Below, piece by piece: positions 23,672 through 38,525 of a DNA stretch of 64,000 bases (its first letter is position 1; the number at the start of each line of letters is the position of its first letter). The notes under the pieces were generated by a model. That model had not been told where the DNA came from, did no database searches, and saw only the letters and a list, made by a program, of their open reading frames with translations. The translations under genes and the position numbers were made by a program. Location of the stretch: positions 2,682,422 through 2,746,421 of the forward strand of contig NC_092678.1 in NCBI RefSeq assembly GCF_964355755.1, written 5' to 3'. Source of the stretch: Antedon mediterranea. Lineage: Eukaryota > Animalia > Echinodermata.

Positions 23672-25733
23672 TAAAACTAAGTATAATAGAACCTTTCTTT
23701 GGGCAACATCCCTATTAAATGGACACTTGCCTGAGAAATGAATGAGAGTCCAAAAATTAATTTGTAAACTTTAAAATGTATACCCTTTATGAGAATTGAA
23801 TTAGTGACTTGTGTTGCCATTTACTTTCACCTTCCTTATCATGCAATACAAAGATTTCTTTAGGTCCCAAGTGATAATGATTTAAAAGTTTAATAAAGTA
23901 TTATCTGGTCATACAACAAAAGGCACAATAACTTATTCATGCTTGTTTGTAATGTAAACATCCTCGGTCTTCAACCCCTTACCGGAAATGTATCCATGAT
24001 CAGGTGACTCACCTGAACCACCAATAACAGACAAGGTGGGTATTGTATTGTTTTTGTTTAGAGGGGTTTTTATCTCAAATCATCCAGTATGTTATGTCTA
24101 CTTTGTATCAACTGTTCCTAAATTAGGATAAAAAATTACAATGCTAGACAGTCTTGTCTAGAAATGCATTTACATAAAGCATTATAAAAGGTTAAATGAG
24201 TGTAAAATTGATTTAACGGTTTGTTTTAGTATAGTAGTTACAATGAAAGTAAAGTTAACAAACTGGAATACTTTCCCGACTTGTGAATCTATGGCACCAA
24301 CATTGTCCGCCTTTGAAACTGAAAAATAAATAGAATATCATATCCTTGTTTTTCAATGGTTTATTGAAACCATTGTCAACTTGTAATGTTGTAAGTTTAG
24401 GTTCACACCTCTGAAGCGTGCAGCCCCTTGTCTGATCCGTTGTTAACTCAAGTATTACGAGACATCTGACTGGTGGTAAAGTTTTTCCAGATGACTTGTG
24501 AAAGAATTCAAACAAACACAAAGAGGAGTTCAAGTAGAGTTTGATATAATATGATGAGGTGGAAAATTGAATTATCAATGAGCATGACTTTTAATTGTGA
24601 GCCTATGATTTTATACATACAAGCATTGAACAGTAGGTAACCGGATACTTCATAAATTCATAGTGTACGTTTGAAGTTCTAATAATCAAATGTAATTTTA
24701 CATATTTGATACAGTAAAAGGTACAAAGGTACTTTGGATTTGTTTGTTGATAAGCATCATTTCCAATTCAAAAACCTGTTCCCCAAGGTTTGGTTCACAC
24801 TCACTCACTAAAGGCGTAGGATTGATTCTAGCATGATACTATCAAATAGCATAATAATTTGCTACAACATTCACACTAAAAGGCAAAGGAAGGACGTAGA
24901 AAGCAACATAAGTAATTTGACCAATCAAGTAAAGTTTTATTCTGAAAATGTTACTAAGAAAGATGATATCCCAATGCTACATTTCTCCACCTAAAAAGCA
25001 GAAGGGAAGAAGGCATGTTGTGGAATTCCCTTTCTCGTGAAATTTCTGAAGCATACAGTAGTAGTAGTAAAGTATGATTAGACAATAGATGATAGAGTTG
25101 TTGCCACTAGATAAAATAAAAACCCAAGATAGTGTCCTTAGTACTTTATTATCTAATTCTTAAATGATACAGAATTTAATGATTAATAATGTAATACAAC
25201 CTTGTTGAACTTCAACTAGCTAAACTACTTAAAATATTTAAAATATTACTGGTATCTGGTATTATGAATTATTTTGATCAGTTACAGTTTTAATAGTATA
25301 TTACTGGTCAAATTTCATGTGAACCTTTTAACATTAAAAGAGTTCAAGGTGGGTGAGTTAAAAAAGGACCAAACAAGGCTTGGGTATAGTATAACCCCCC
25401 CCCCCCCCCCCAACTCCTTGGTATAAAAATGAAGTATTTTATTGAGTGGTGGAGTACTTAGCAACGCAATACCAACAACCAAATGATTCAATATTTGAGA
25501 AGTACAGTATTCTATTCTTGTGGTTTAATTTGCCTTCTTTAGTAGATATGTGGTGACAGATCAACTTAAGTCAACAAATTAAGGTTAATCAAATTATAAA
25601 TAGTGGTTACAAATTGGTGATTGGTAGGCAATGGACTGGAAGCTATTGCTTCCTGTCTGGGTTATAAATGGGTATTAATTCCTATACTCCAGGAGTCTAC
25701 TAAGTACTAACTGAAATATTATTTGGTGCGTTA

Positions 25734-25873
25734 GGCTCTGTCTACACTATCAAACAGTATGTGACAATGTGATGTGGCCATATATGGAGACGATGACATC
25801 ATATTACTACCATATTTGGGCACATCAAACTTTTTTTGTCAAACTAGTTTGAAATGATAATGTAGACAGAGCT
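25734..25873 (-). mobile_element. AGCTCTGTCTACAC MITE family, full copy (reverse orientation)
   Basis: Both TIRs present; core CATATTACTACCATATTTGGGCACATCA. Confidence 0.82.
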
Positions 25874-25925
25874 TTTATGACAACAAATATAGTTTTAACA
25901 TCTATGCTTGCTAATCAGATGTATA

Positions 25926-26760
25926 CCGTATATTTCGGTGTATAAGTCGCACTTTTGACACGCAAATTTGACCTCTAAATTAAGGGTGCGTCTTATACAC
26001 CGAACATAAATGCCTCACCACACAGAGTGTACATATCGTCACCTCGTTGGCTAGGCCTAGGCCTGAGTAGGCTAGGCCTAGCTACAGTAAACGTAACAGC
26101 AACCTGCTTCTGCCTAGTTTTCAAAGCATTTTAGCGTGATGTTATACTAAATATGATGAAAAGATTTGTTTATTATGGAGCTGTTTTAGGCACTCCGATA
26201 ATATTTCATTTGTAAACGTTTACGATTGGAATAGTATTTATTTATAGTTATACCGCTGACCGTCGTACCCCCAGCGCAAGCCCTTCTTGGCGGCCACATG
26301 TTGTACGGTATTCGACTAGTATATTCTCCAGGTGATTATAGCATGGACCTAACATACACACTTCTCGGATACATAGATACTAATCGAATACGATTGTCCG
26401 TGAAAACGTGCGCCCTCTCGAAATGATCGAGCGAGGCTAGCCCACACACGTGCGTGTTACACACACGGTCATGCACTCGATGTTGCGGGTGCGAAACTCA
26501 TGAATAAGAAGTTAGAAACAACTTGTTGAGGCTGGGCGCGGCCGAGCCTAGGTAAGAAAAAAACCTAAATAAAGGACGCCGTTGTAGATATAACAAAATA
26601 TATTATTACAATAATATTGATTACAATTTAAAAAAAACATTGTTTTGATGAAATATAAGGTGCGTCTTATACATCGACGATATAAAAAATACCGATATTT
26701 TACTCTCAGTTAGGGGGTGCGTCTTATACACAGGTGCAACTTATACACCGAAATATATGG
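25926..26760. mobile_element. Non-autonomous Tc1/mariner (Tc2/pogo-like) element, TA TSD
   Basis: TA|CCGTATATTTCGGTGTATAAGTCGCAC ... GTGCAACTTATACACCGAAATATATGG|TA (27-bp TIR, 2 mismatches); internal GGTGCGTCTTATACA repeats near both ends. Confidence 0.9.
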
Positions 26761-27770
26761 TAGTAACTATCTATACTTGCATTATGATATTTGATTATCA
26801 ATCACCTACCAAGTTTAATGCATCACACCTGCTGGTAATGCTCCATCAAAACCTAAGGTATAAGATGTACCCTGCTGCCAAGATTTATGAGGTTACTTAT
26901 TTACAATCAACTTTGACACCTATCTCATTTATATGCTGTGGCGTCATCCATCGTTTAGTGGTTAACATGCATGCTTTGTAACCCCAGTGTCTTGGGTTCG
27001 ATTAGTAAGGAGGGTTAGGTTTGAGATGATCTAAAAATTAGTTATGTCACGTTTACTCATTGTGAGAAAATTGGGCCACATTTTCTTCACTCGATTCTTC
27101 CACATAGTTTTGGCAGGTTGTAGATCAATGTGATAACCATGACACAAAATTACTGTAAGTCGTCGCAAATTGAAAGTTCTAGATTATTGTTAACAATCCA
27201 TCTAAATCATGATATCTCTCTTCATACCTAGTTGGTTCACCTTTTTTGTAGTGGAGTAGTCCAAGATATAATGGTCTCCTAATTTGCGTAATGACATACA
27301 GGTGAAACTCGTAATTGCAACTCGTAATTGCAACTCATAATTATCTCAACGGTTTTAAATTAAATGACATAGTTCACTAATTTTCTCATCTAATTTCTTG
27401 ACATTTTGTATTTACTGTATAAACTAAACTGTTAGTAATATTCGTAATCGTTATAAAAATATTGTATCATAATTAACACACAAGATTGTTCCCCAGTTTA
27501 AATACTTTAAAGATGTCACAGATTTCAACCTTTTCAATTTACCAAAATTCATTTACAAAAATTCAGAAATAAAATTGTATAGAATATTTTCTAGTGTGTA
27601 TATGATTGTTAGTGTATTTCTGTTGGCTTCCACTTGAGCCCATCTTACCCAAAGTTTATCCCACCCATGAATACCCACACTTTTCCCAAATATACGCCCC
27701 TGCTATATTTCTCTGTTGTCATAGATTTTAGTTGACTTTTTCTGACAGTGTTTTTCACAGCTTTTCTTAA

Positions 27771-28822
27771 CACTTTGACTGCCAGAGGTTTTTCCAGTTA
27801 GAAACTGCCACCGCCAGCATTTTTAGCCCAATTCGATGTTTTTATTAAAGCTGATTGAAACCATGTATGTGATCTGATTTATATGTAATTTAGACTAAAA
27901 TAATCATAAAGATTTTAGCTTTACAATGGTACCAAGAACGATTTTTAAATCGCAATATGTAAATCGTAATAGTAAAATGAAAGTAACCCACTTTTTGAAT
28001 TTTTCGTAGTTTCGCACAAGAAAGTCGAGATAATCGCGATTTTGTGCAAGACATCACAATATGAAAATATCGCCCGGTGAGATCAACAAACAATGAAAAA
28101 GTTACTTACACGGCACCGATAGGCCTATAAAAACAAGTTATCACTATCGAAAAATGTATTACATTTTATAAATCATAAATCTTACATCAATGTTTCGCCA
28201 AAATCCACATAGTAAAGACACCAGGCCTAGTAAACCAGGCCTAAAGTTGGTCCGGAACCGTTTTACGACTAGGGCTAGGCTATAGCCTAGTACTACTAGC
28301 CTAGGCCTAAGAGATAATAAACTGATGATAATAACCATACCATTTCAAAACAAGTTTGTTGCGTGAAACTCGGTCACTTTCAGTAAAACACCAAAACAAT
28401 TAAGGTATACATACAATAATAAAATTAAAGACTTCATATTGAAAATGACTCCATTATTTTTTATTCAGATAACAAACAAACATGTCAATCCACAAAAACC
28501 TTTGTAATGCTTCGGCGGCATAGCTAGCGCGCGACCGATACACAATGCGCCAAGCCATCGCTCTACGCGCTACTGTGATGCGCGGTGTTTGTTATTTCGA
28601 CAGGTACCATTTTGATAGTCGTTCGTAACCAGATTAGTTACTTTCAAATTGTAAAATATTGACGGTCCAGACCGAATATAGTGTTCATATTTTTAGTATA
28701 TACCAATAATTAACCTATCTACCGGATTTCGTAAAAAAACGCGAAAAACGAAGATCTTCGTTTTTGGCAGTCAAGCGTTGTGTTTCCAAAAACGAAGATC
28801 TTCGTGTTTGGCAGTCAAAGTG
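27771..28822. mobile_element. Non-autonomous piggyBac-like element, TTAA TSD
   Basis: TTAA|CACTTTGACTGCCA ... TGGCAGTCAAAGTG|TTAA; duplicated subterminal repeat AAAACGAAGATCTTCGT.TTTGGCAGTCAA at the right end. Confidence 0.9.
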
Positions 28823-29128
28823 TTAATGTTTAATTAGTAAAGTACTAGAAATTAGTAATACTACTGTATGTGAATGATAATTGAACTGATTAGCCTTAAT
28901 TAGAATTTAATTTGACAATTAATATTAAAATTATTGGAAAGGTAATGACATTTAGTTTGATTGTTCAGAAATGTAACTATGTATTATTAGGTGTGTCACA
29001 GGAAGCAGGAGATATCTAATATGAGCTATTATCTCTATTGGAGTTAATTATGGTGTTTCAATCCGTTTAACTTGTTCTACATGTTATATCAGAAACGCCA
29101 TCACAGTATATCAGAGGTATATCTACAT

Positions 29129-29148
29129 ACACACACACACACACACAT
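29129..29148 (+). repeat. (AC)n microsatellite
   Basis: Directly visible. Confidence 0.85.
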
Positions 29149-30579
29149 ACATAATTTATATTGCGCCTTATCAATAAATTTATATAAGAGAGTATTTAAC
29201 CAATCATCACATTCACACAAGCACTTTCAGATTTAACTCTTATATGTTTCGGATCAGCTTATGTTCTATGCATGATGAACCAGCGTGTGAACACAGCCTA
29301 TTATTATGTTTAACATGTTTGGGGTTTTCCATGAAAGATTAATCAGAATACTGGGACTGAAAAGCAGTGAATATCTATTAAACAAATTCAAAGAATGGTG
29401 TTATACTGTAGGATAACCCTCTTGACTTGAGTACAGGTATAAAAGAAGACATGCCAGACATGTTATTACCTCTAGTCATTTGGTACACATGTGGTTCACA
29501 TTGGTGGGCTAACACAAGGGATAATAACCACATTCATAGGGCTAGTGATGTAGGCCTACAGAGGTGATTGAGGTCTTAAAAGTTACAATCCAGACATTGC
29601 AGGCATCTAATATCATTAGCAATTACCTGTGCAAAATCCCTATTGGTTGTTGTGATTTAGCAAATCATCAGGGAGGCATAAATACACCAGGCTAGGCTGG
29701 AATTCATTCTCTTGGACCGTTCCATTATTAAGCGGAGGATGTGATGTGCAGGAAATGCAATTACTTGCACTTGCATAATAATCTTCATTGTGTACTTCAT
29801 GCAGAATCGAAATGCTGATCATTTTTACGATAACTCTCAATTACAAAAGTCGTACGTTTAATGGATCAATTTTGAATGGAATTATTTTACGTTTGGATTG
29901 ACAAAGTAAATATATTTCTGCTTTACCTGTCAGGAAGTGGTTTAGTCTCGGATTGGAATATTTGTGGCTAGTTAGTTCATGGTTGAATGAAGATGCTTGC
30001 TGATTTGTAAAGTGAATTTAATATTGAATTTGTTGTCGAGAGGCTTGTTGTGAAACAGTTGAGCTGTTTAACTCGCATCTTTCTTGTGATCATTTTTTGT
30101 ATTCCAACGATTGGATTAAATAATTCTGCCTGAAGGATATATTCCAGTAAAGGAGTTGGTAAGTGTGTGGTCTAATAACCGTTGGCACTTTTCTTATTTT
30201 ATATGTACATACCTTTGCCATTGGTGAAATAATTCTGAATTAGAAATCTTTGATTGTTAACTACAGTATTAAAAAAGGTTTTCTATTGTAGGTCAGTTTG
30301 ATTTTTAAATTGTATGTGTTTGTCCAAATAGAATTTGAAAATAGTGTTATCTGAATATCTTTATTAAGATTTTCTGATTTATCTTTCTTTATTTTATTTC
30401 CACTGCTTCCTTTCTTTATATGCCATTTTAAATTAATGTACAGACATGAACTATGTGTGTGGTAGAATAATGGTTCCAGGTTTGATAACTCAAGTTTAAA
30501 AGAACACTTAACAATTTTAGGTATACTCAAGCTTAGCTTAGTATACAGTATTGAGAGCTTTTGTAAAACTTCCATAATT

Positions 30580-30805
30580 TAAAAAGAAGACAATTGTCGT
30601 ATTCGATTGGGAACTTTCGTTGTCAACGTAAAGATTCGTTGAGTACTTTTTGTATTCGAATTGTAAATTTGTGCTCAACAGAAAGTCATTCGAATAGAAA
30701 ACGTTGACAACGAAAGCTTTTTCGTTAAGAACAATCTCAACGCTCAAAATACTTCGTTAAAGAAGTACTTAACGGAAAAACTACTCAACGGTCCACTCGA
30801 ATACG
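30580..30805. repeat. Degenerate, partly palindromic repeat rich in TTCGTT/TCAACG motifs (likely old DNA-transposon remnant)
   Basis: CTTTCGTTGTCAACGT (~30614) mirrors ACGTTGACAACGAAAG (~30701); several TTCGTT and CTCAACG units. Confidence 0.5.
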
Positions 30806-33800
30806 CTAAATGTATATTGTATAGCACCAAAGCTGTTTTTATGAAGGTTTACAGTACAATATTTGGCTGCGTAAAAAAATACTACCATACATTTCTAAAA
30901 ATGTTCTACCATATTCCCAACAATGTGACTGCAAGGTGCTTTTGTTGGTTGGCACAATTGCCCTTTTTTCAGGAGCTAGAAAAGTCCAGATTTTATCTAA
31001 AGTACAGTACAATAAAAAGTTAACAAATGGCACATTTGTAACCCATCAGTTGAAAATATGTCACAAAAGTACAGCGTAAAAATAGGACATCCTAAAGGTC
31101 AAATCTGAACTAGCCTAAACTGACATGGTTAACACACTGACAGCCAATATAAATGTCAAATAGTTTTACTTGTCAAATCGTGAAATCACATGTGACAAAC
31201 AGATATTAGGAATATCATGCCAAATTCACAAGTCATACATAAGTAGCAACAAGGTCCCCATCAAATAATGGAGTTTACCAAGCTGGTGGAAAGTGTCTAA
31301 TTTCTCATGAGATTTAGCGGCTGCTTTTTTGCTAACAGTTAAGAAATAAACACAGTATTGATGGGCGTAAAGGAACTGTTTCAAACAAGACTTTATTGTC
31401 AGAGATCACTTATAGGTCCCTAGTGATTGGATCAAGACAACTTTACAAATATGTTGTTGTAGGCATATTTATGTTTAGGTGGGGCTGCAGTTCTTTTACC
31501 TAGCCATATACTCTGGATTGGATGTTAAAGCTTAATTTTAACCGCTAGTCCTTCAGATTAGACTTATAGTAGTGCTGCCGATCCTGTGAGCAAAATGGTT
31601 CAGAATTTTAATAAAACACTGGAGTCTTGTTACAAAAAGTTTAGACCCAATTCACCACTCATATAAATCCACTGTTGTTTGTTACATGAGAAGGAATAAC
31701 TATAATCATTCCTAGCCAAATGTTGGTTTAAAGTTATTACCCCTAATAAATCCATAAGCTTCTTTTATTAAGGCCAGGCTCAATGTGTAATGGGAGGAGG
31801 CGATACTCAGAGCATTTTACCAGCTGCTCAAAAGGTACAGACAATAATATCCCAACTGCTTCATTTCGACTGCTTTAGGCCAATAAAATTGTAACTGTTT
31901 TTACTGTCAGTCAGTCAGAATGCAATTAAATATACAGTACACTATAACAGATCAGACTACACTGCGATAGTCTCTACATTTTATAGTCTTCATTGTTGGT
32001 CGTTTTTACATAGTTTTATTATGTTGAAAGTTTCACACAATTGTGCATATTTTGTTGGTTATATTGTGTCAGTTTTGTTTCATTGCAGTATTGTATATAA
32101 AGCGGGTGACCTTGCTTGTAATACTTTTGTCATATTTAAAAGTCTTCTCTGACAGATACAACAGTAGTGTCAGCAGCTGAATATGATGCTGTATATAATA
32201 TATTGTAAAATACTGATTGGTTGGGTGATTACTAAAAATATCTCTTGGAAAGTTTTTGTTTAACGATGGATTTAAAAGCTGCGGATGTTTGTAATATTGT
32301 GCAAATATTGCATTGACATTACTATGTAGCTAACCACATGTTAAGGAGTGTTTATATGTATTGTTTAACAACACAAATGTCAATAAATAACCAAATATTA
32401 TGCATGAGACTCTTCCGAAAACTACGCACCACCAGCTATGCACTGCCTGTTTTTTTTTTGTGTTTGATGGTTTTGTGTTCATATTTTTGTTTTCTATATA
32501 AATTTTGTTTACTTTTATCCATTTTGAATGTTTATATACTCTACATTTGGTTGCCCACATGCACTTAAATAATAATGAATACAATATTACGTTTGATTAT
32601 ACTTTGTGCTTTGTACTAATTTAACAGTTACTTTAGACAACAAACGTATTGCGCCATAGCAGTTTTTTAGATCCAGAAGATAACAACTTCTTATTGAAAT
32701 GTCACTGTGTCGAAAAATAGAATCGGATTACCTTTAGATTGCTTTCATTGGACGTACTGTTAATAAGGATAATAGCAGTCTGATATTAAGATAGATAGCA
32801 TGGGCCATTTACAATTTCTGTTTTATCGGCTACACAAATATCAAGTTATTATGGCATAAACAAGTGTAAGTACTGGAAAAGGGTTTCACATCTTAGCCAA
32901 GTTTGGTGTTTAAGTGAGCCAAGTGTACCCATCAAGAAATCCACTAATGAGAATTTGTCCCATCAATAAAACATGAAAAGAATCACACAGTAGCCCTGTC
33001 AAAAGATGAATTAGGAAGCAGTTCTATCAGGGGTACTGTACCAGCTCTGTCGGGAGTAGCAGCTCAGGGATAGATCAGGGGTAGCAGCTCTTCCTTTCTT
33101 AAGCATTGCTCAGTAACAAGTAAATATCAGTGGTGGCAGCTCTGTCAGTTGATAGCAGCTCTCTGTGAAGAGTGGCAGTCATTCTCATCTGCACAGCCAA
33201 CTGGGAGTTACCGTAGTTGATGTGCCGTTAGTTCTAAATATTGAGCCTAGTATGTTATTTTATTTCATCCCCAGACTCTCTGTGTTCTGATAGAAAGTAT
33301 TTGTTCAATCACAGAATAATAAACATCTTGATTCATACGACTAGAAGATATTTTTTGCAGAGGCAGGTACTGTACCTCATTGTTGATTTCATTTGTCTCA
33401 CAACAAATAAATCAATGAGAGTAGTATAGCAAGATAACAAAATATGCATTGTTTATCAGTGGTGTGTAGGAGGTATTTAACAAGTGCTTGAAGCCTTGAT
33501 TATCATTGGATGCTGAAGAGTCTACTTAAATAGACACTGCAATAGATAATGATGTCATTGATAATGAATCCTTGATTTGTATGACTATATTTTCTACAGA
33601 ATTGATAAAATATTGAGCAATCATGATGTACTGTGCGGTTGGGTTATTGACACTTGGTTATTGTCATAAAATAATAATGCACAATTTCTGTTGCTGAATA
33701 AAACTTTGCTCCTTGTTGTAATGATGTTATGATATTAGAGCAACATACTATATAGTATTTATTATAATTTATTTTACAGATAATCTTGATTATTGTTACA

Positions 33801-36734
33801 TCTGTATTGCATTAGTAGGTTGCTTCCGATTGGTCAAATGTTACGAAATCAATTTTGTAAGAGAAAAACCTCAGATCTTGACTCTTGGTAAAATGAATAA
33901 GGTCACTCTGGATTGGTCAAACATTGTGAGTTCAAACATCCCTGCTGTTAGTATGTACGTATTTGCTGGCTGTTTATGTGAAATAAAACATCTACTGTAG
34001 TGTAAAATATATATATATACCATAAAAATATTTGAAAAAAAAAATCATATGAAGTACTGTGAAGTATGACAGCTAAGAAATTATGATAATAAATTCATAT
34101 TTTGTACCAGCACAAATTAAGTAGTTGACTTAATTCATAGCCATAGTAAAGTGTCATGATTTAGTAAACAGTTATTCATTTCAGTATTACAAAACTACTG
34201 TCCCAAGGTTTAGGTTGAAGTTACCATTTTGCGAAAAATAGCCCTTAACAAAAAATGTGATATGAAATCAAGAGAAAATAAGTGAATAAAACTTTGTTCT
34301 CTTTTGGACAGAATGCAAGGACATAAGAGCAATGCAAGTGATTTGACCAATCATAACACTATGGATCATTCAAATTGTTGCTTGTGATTGGTCAAATCAG
34401 TTGCGTTGCATCCAAATCATAGGTAGGCCATTTAACTGCCCTGTCACAAATTACAAACCTAATCTTATTACCAGAAATGACCTGCCATTAAGCGTATGGC
34501 AAGATTAATCACTGATTAACTGTAGAGAATGGTAATAATTACGAAATTAAAAAATGGATATGGCTGTAAGACGTTCTCTGTGGAGAAGATCTGATGAGTA
34601 CGATGGTGATTACGCTAAATAGGATCACCATTAACAACATATTTAAGGTCTTGAAAAAATATCAGATCACCATTTACAAGGTGAAAAACACCTCTTGGTT
34701 CGACATATAAATTAGAACTGGTTATTTGCTATGATCTTGGAACTCTTACAAAAGAGGACTATATGAATAAAAAGAAAGGTGATTGGTCCCAGATCTAACG
34801 TGCGATACGACAATTAATTTAAATTTCTTCCTAGCTTGTACATCTGACAGCAATCAGACAGTTCTAATTTTATTCGATTGCCTTCGTTCAATACAGCGTC
34901 ATTTTCACCCACGCACGCACAAGCCATTTAAAAAATATGTTGCTACCCACATCTGGAATGTTTTGAATATCGCACATGGATTGCTAGCTAACTATAATAT
35001 TCTACATTCTGATTCATTTTAGTAATTACTGTTTGAATATTCATGTTGTATTACAGCTGTCATTTATTTTCAGTTTATTTCAGAGGGCTGACGTTTGTAG
35101 TTTTAATCGGCATTGCATGTTTGAATTAAACATCGTAGGTTCACGTTTGAAATCCCTTAGAAAAGTAAAGGTTGCATCAGATCAGAATACGGTAAATGTT
35201 ACATAATCGATGAGGGGGAGATGTTTGTTGGTGCTTTAGATGATGATTCTTGTACGACTGACAGCTACATCACCAGTGAGGGCAGTGTATAATGTGTTGT
35301 AAATAGTCTATTCTATACCTTGGCGTGTTTAGCGAAAAAGTTAGCATTAATTTCCACGACTCTGTGTTAAAACGTGCAGCTTTGTACATGTGCTCTAGTC
35401 CAAAAATCTCCACTGTTTAATCCTGGTGGTTAATCCTGAAGTGTGAACTTGTTTGATGATGCCGTCCGTTTTGATACTGATAAAATCAATAATAATGATA
35501 GTTACCCGACATTCAATATCGTGTACAATATATGTTCAGAATTTTTTATTAATCCTAAATCGATACTAGGGTCACTGACATAATATTAATCTCATTTTTT
35601 ATATTGAAAAATGTTTAATTGGTAATATTAAAAGTCGGTGAATTTATTAACATTGTGTAAAGTTAAATATGTATTTAATTCACAACAGGAAAGAAAAAAT
35701 TTCCCCTTTTTGTTAGCTGGATTATTCTCCAAGGTTTTTGTGTCAAAGCAACAGTTTAGATTTACTGGACTAATTTAGATATTATAAAGCTGAAATGAAA
35801 TATGAATTCCTGTTTACAGAAAGTTCCGATTGAATGCAATTGAATACATCTTAGTGTGTCAATTGTACGAGATGAATCATTTTTTGTTACCCCTACGCTT
35901 CCGGCATAAATGTTGATGTTTGCAAGTTCATTATACCAGAATATCCACTGAAATAATTTTGGATGTTTACTAACCTTTATTGATATTAAAGAGGCAGTGA
36001 GTTAAAACTCACAATTTGGGTGTCAAAGTAGGAAGAACGGGATGTTGTATAAAACAAGTGTAACTCCAACTATTTAAAGATGTTTTCATGTCTTCGCTTT
36101 GAGGTTACCGGCATAAGTAATTACGACAGAAATGTTATGCAGAAATGAAAATGTATTTAATAACACTCGGTATTAATATATAGCTAATTAAAAAAATATA
36201 TATTTCTGTTGCCAGGGATAGCAGGGATTTTGGAACAAGAAGTGATTTATGATAATTTAAGTGATCACCATCTTACGTTGCACAAATTACGTTTTGTGTC
36301 TAGTATTGTTAATATTTAAATACAAAAGTAAATAAAAACTATATAAATTAAAATCTTTTAATCCTGATTTAAATAAATTTACACAGTGCGCTGAACTTGT
36401 AAATATTCTCTTTATAAGAATTAAATCATAGATAATTGAAAATCAGTGAAGCATAATTGGGGAAAACACTCTCAATTTACTGGCAACAATACACAGATTA
36501 AATTGTTAATATTGACTCTACTAGTAAAGTAAACAAACAGAAGGGTATTCAACCTATTGCAGAATAAATAAGTTTTTGGTATAAAGATGGTATAACATTG
36601 AATAAAAATGTTATGAAATGAGTTAATATCTATATGGATTACCTATCGATTTTAAAGATAAAAATGAATTTATTTTAGTAATGGTATAATCATTTGCACA
36701 TGATTTAGACATAGGTTTGTAAAATGATATTTTC

Positions 36735-36952
36735 TCCATTAGCTGGCAATAGTAACTACATCAGGGAGGCAATTTTCGTTTACTACTTTAGCTGTTGACC
36801 GTACTACATTAGCTGGTGTTGATTTTGTATTTACTACTGTATATAAGCTGTTGGTGTTTCTACATTAGCTGGAGGTTTTACTAGCGGTGGATTGTTCTAC
36901 ATTAGCGGTTGTTTGAACATTAGCTGGTATTTTCTACATTAGCGGTTGTAAT
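36735..36952 (+). repeat. Array of CTACATTAGC(T/G)G units, probably the subterminal repeats of a truncated DNA transposon
   Basis: About ten imperfect units ending in CTACATTAGCGGTTGTAA. Confidence 0.65.
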
Positions 36953-37024
36953 GGGGCATATCACTACCATATTTGGGCACATCACACTTTTTTTTGTCAA
37001 ACTAGTTTGATAGTATAGACAGAG
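36953..37024 (-). mobile_element. Half copy of the AGCTCTGTCTACAC MITE family
   Basis: CATATCACTACCATATTTGGGCACATCACAC...CAAACTAGTTTGATAGTATAGACAGAG. Confidence 0.75.
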
Positions 37025-38469
37025 ACCACTACTCTTAACCCTTTGCCACTCATCATACTAAGGTCTTTCTCCCTTCCCTGTAGGAACTTCTACATTTCTA
37101 AAGCAATACTATACTGCATGTTGAAATAAAGAGAGGAATTAAAATAACAATAAAGGTTGTTATTAGAAGAATGAGTTTTATTGTATTATGAAATATGAAT
37201 AAATGAAAGCAGAATGATGGCTTCAATATGGCAGGACTTTCTTTGGGATGTTGTGTCTAAAAATAAGGTCATATTGATAATAATATGAATACCATAAGGT
37301 TACTTTTACAGTGCGTAATCAGATACACATCAGATACAAGTGCTGTATTATAGACAAGTTTAGATCTAAAGATAAGGGATGTATAGAGAGGCTGAGTGTT
37401 TATTGTATAGATGACAATACTGAGCATCGTTTCTATGGAATACCAGAAATAGAGATTGTCCTTAATTTGGTACTTGAGCTTGTTTGACTTTGATAACATC
37501 TTGGCATATCTGATAACATCAGTAGTACTGTACAACTGTATATCTCTTGGTCAGTTTTTCCATCTTATTTCAATGAAATATAGTAGATTTGGTTTATTAT
37601 TGTCAATAGAATTGTTTTCTGTTTTGTGAATGAATACTTCTGGAGCCGTGAAGGGTTCTGTAGTTGGTTTGATAATCAAATTTATGGAATTTATTCTATG
37701 CAATAATTTATCATGCTTTATACGTTTGCATAAATTAAGTTTATTTTAAAGAAATTATGCAGTGCAAGAAGTTCACATATAAACTTCTGGAGTAAGTTGA
37801 TCATGATCTCAAATCTGTGTGTGAACATGGTTAATAAATTTTGATTTTATTTTGATCAGCACTGAAATTGAAGAACACTGATACAAAATACTCTCCTTCT
37901 GTATTTAGTCATTCAATTCAAGTAAAATAAAATCAATAAAATTGATAATAATATGATATCAACATTTGTAGGCATAGATTACAGCTGATACAGCGTGTCA
38001 ATCATCAATGTGTGTGTAAATAATGATGACTATCAATTCACACCTGATGAGGAGAAGCAAAGAAGGAGAATAAGATAAATTGGTATAATAATGTGTGTAA
38101 CCTTCATATTAATGATAGTCTAATAAAAAATAATGTCTTCAGCATTTGTATCAGCTGAATGGCTTTCTTATCATGTCTCGTTACTTTTTCATTTTCCTTT
38201 TTTTTTTATGCTGCAGCTCTCAAAAAATTTTCTTTGAATTTGTGAAAGTTTTAAAATATCTAAATTAAGTTCATTTTTTCTCTTAAAATTTCAGACTCAT
38301 TTTTAATACAAATATTGTTATATTTATGAACAATCAACATAATCATAAAATAAGAATATTATCATCAATTATCCTTCAACTTCTGTACAGAGGATTAAAG
38401 CATATTAATTTTAGCGTATTTTGATGCAAGCATATTAATAATTAATATATTTTTGTTTATGTTTTTCAG

Positions 38470-38525
38470 AGCCCTATTGGATTCCGAACTAATCCATGTT
38501 TTTGTAGGATATTTTCAAAGCCAAG
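38470..38525 (+). other. Candidate 56-nt internal 5' UTR exon of DAG1
   Basis: Strong polypyrimidine acceptor (tatttttgtttatgtttttcag|) and donor CAAG|GTATAT; GC-richer than its flanks. No transcript evidence available. Confidence 0.4.

Noticed and set aside
35084-35191. Additional candidate exon (ttatttcag|...ACG|GTAAAT)
   Set aside because: Splice-like signals alone are common in AT-rich introns, and there is no independent support.
4266-35194. TACCGTA/TACGGTA/TACCGGTA (4266, 22363, 26304, 33209, 35188) as footprints of the CCG-ended Tc2-like element
   Set aside because: They fit the footprint grammar, but the handful seen is not above chance expectation for 64 kb.
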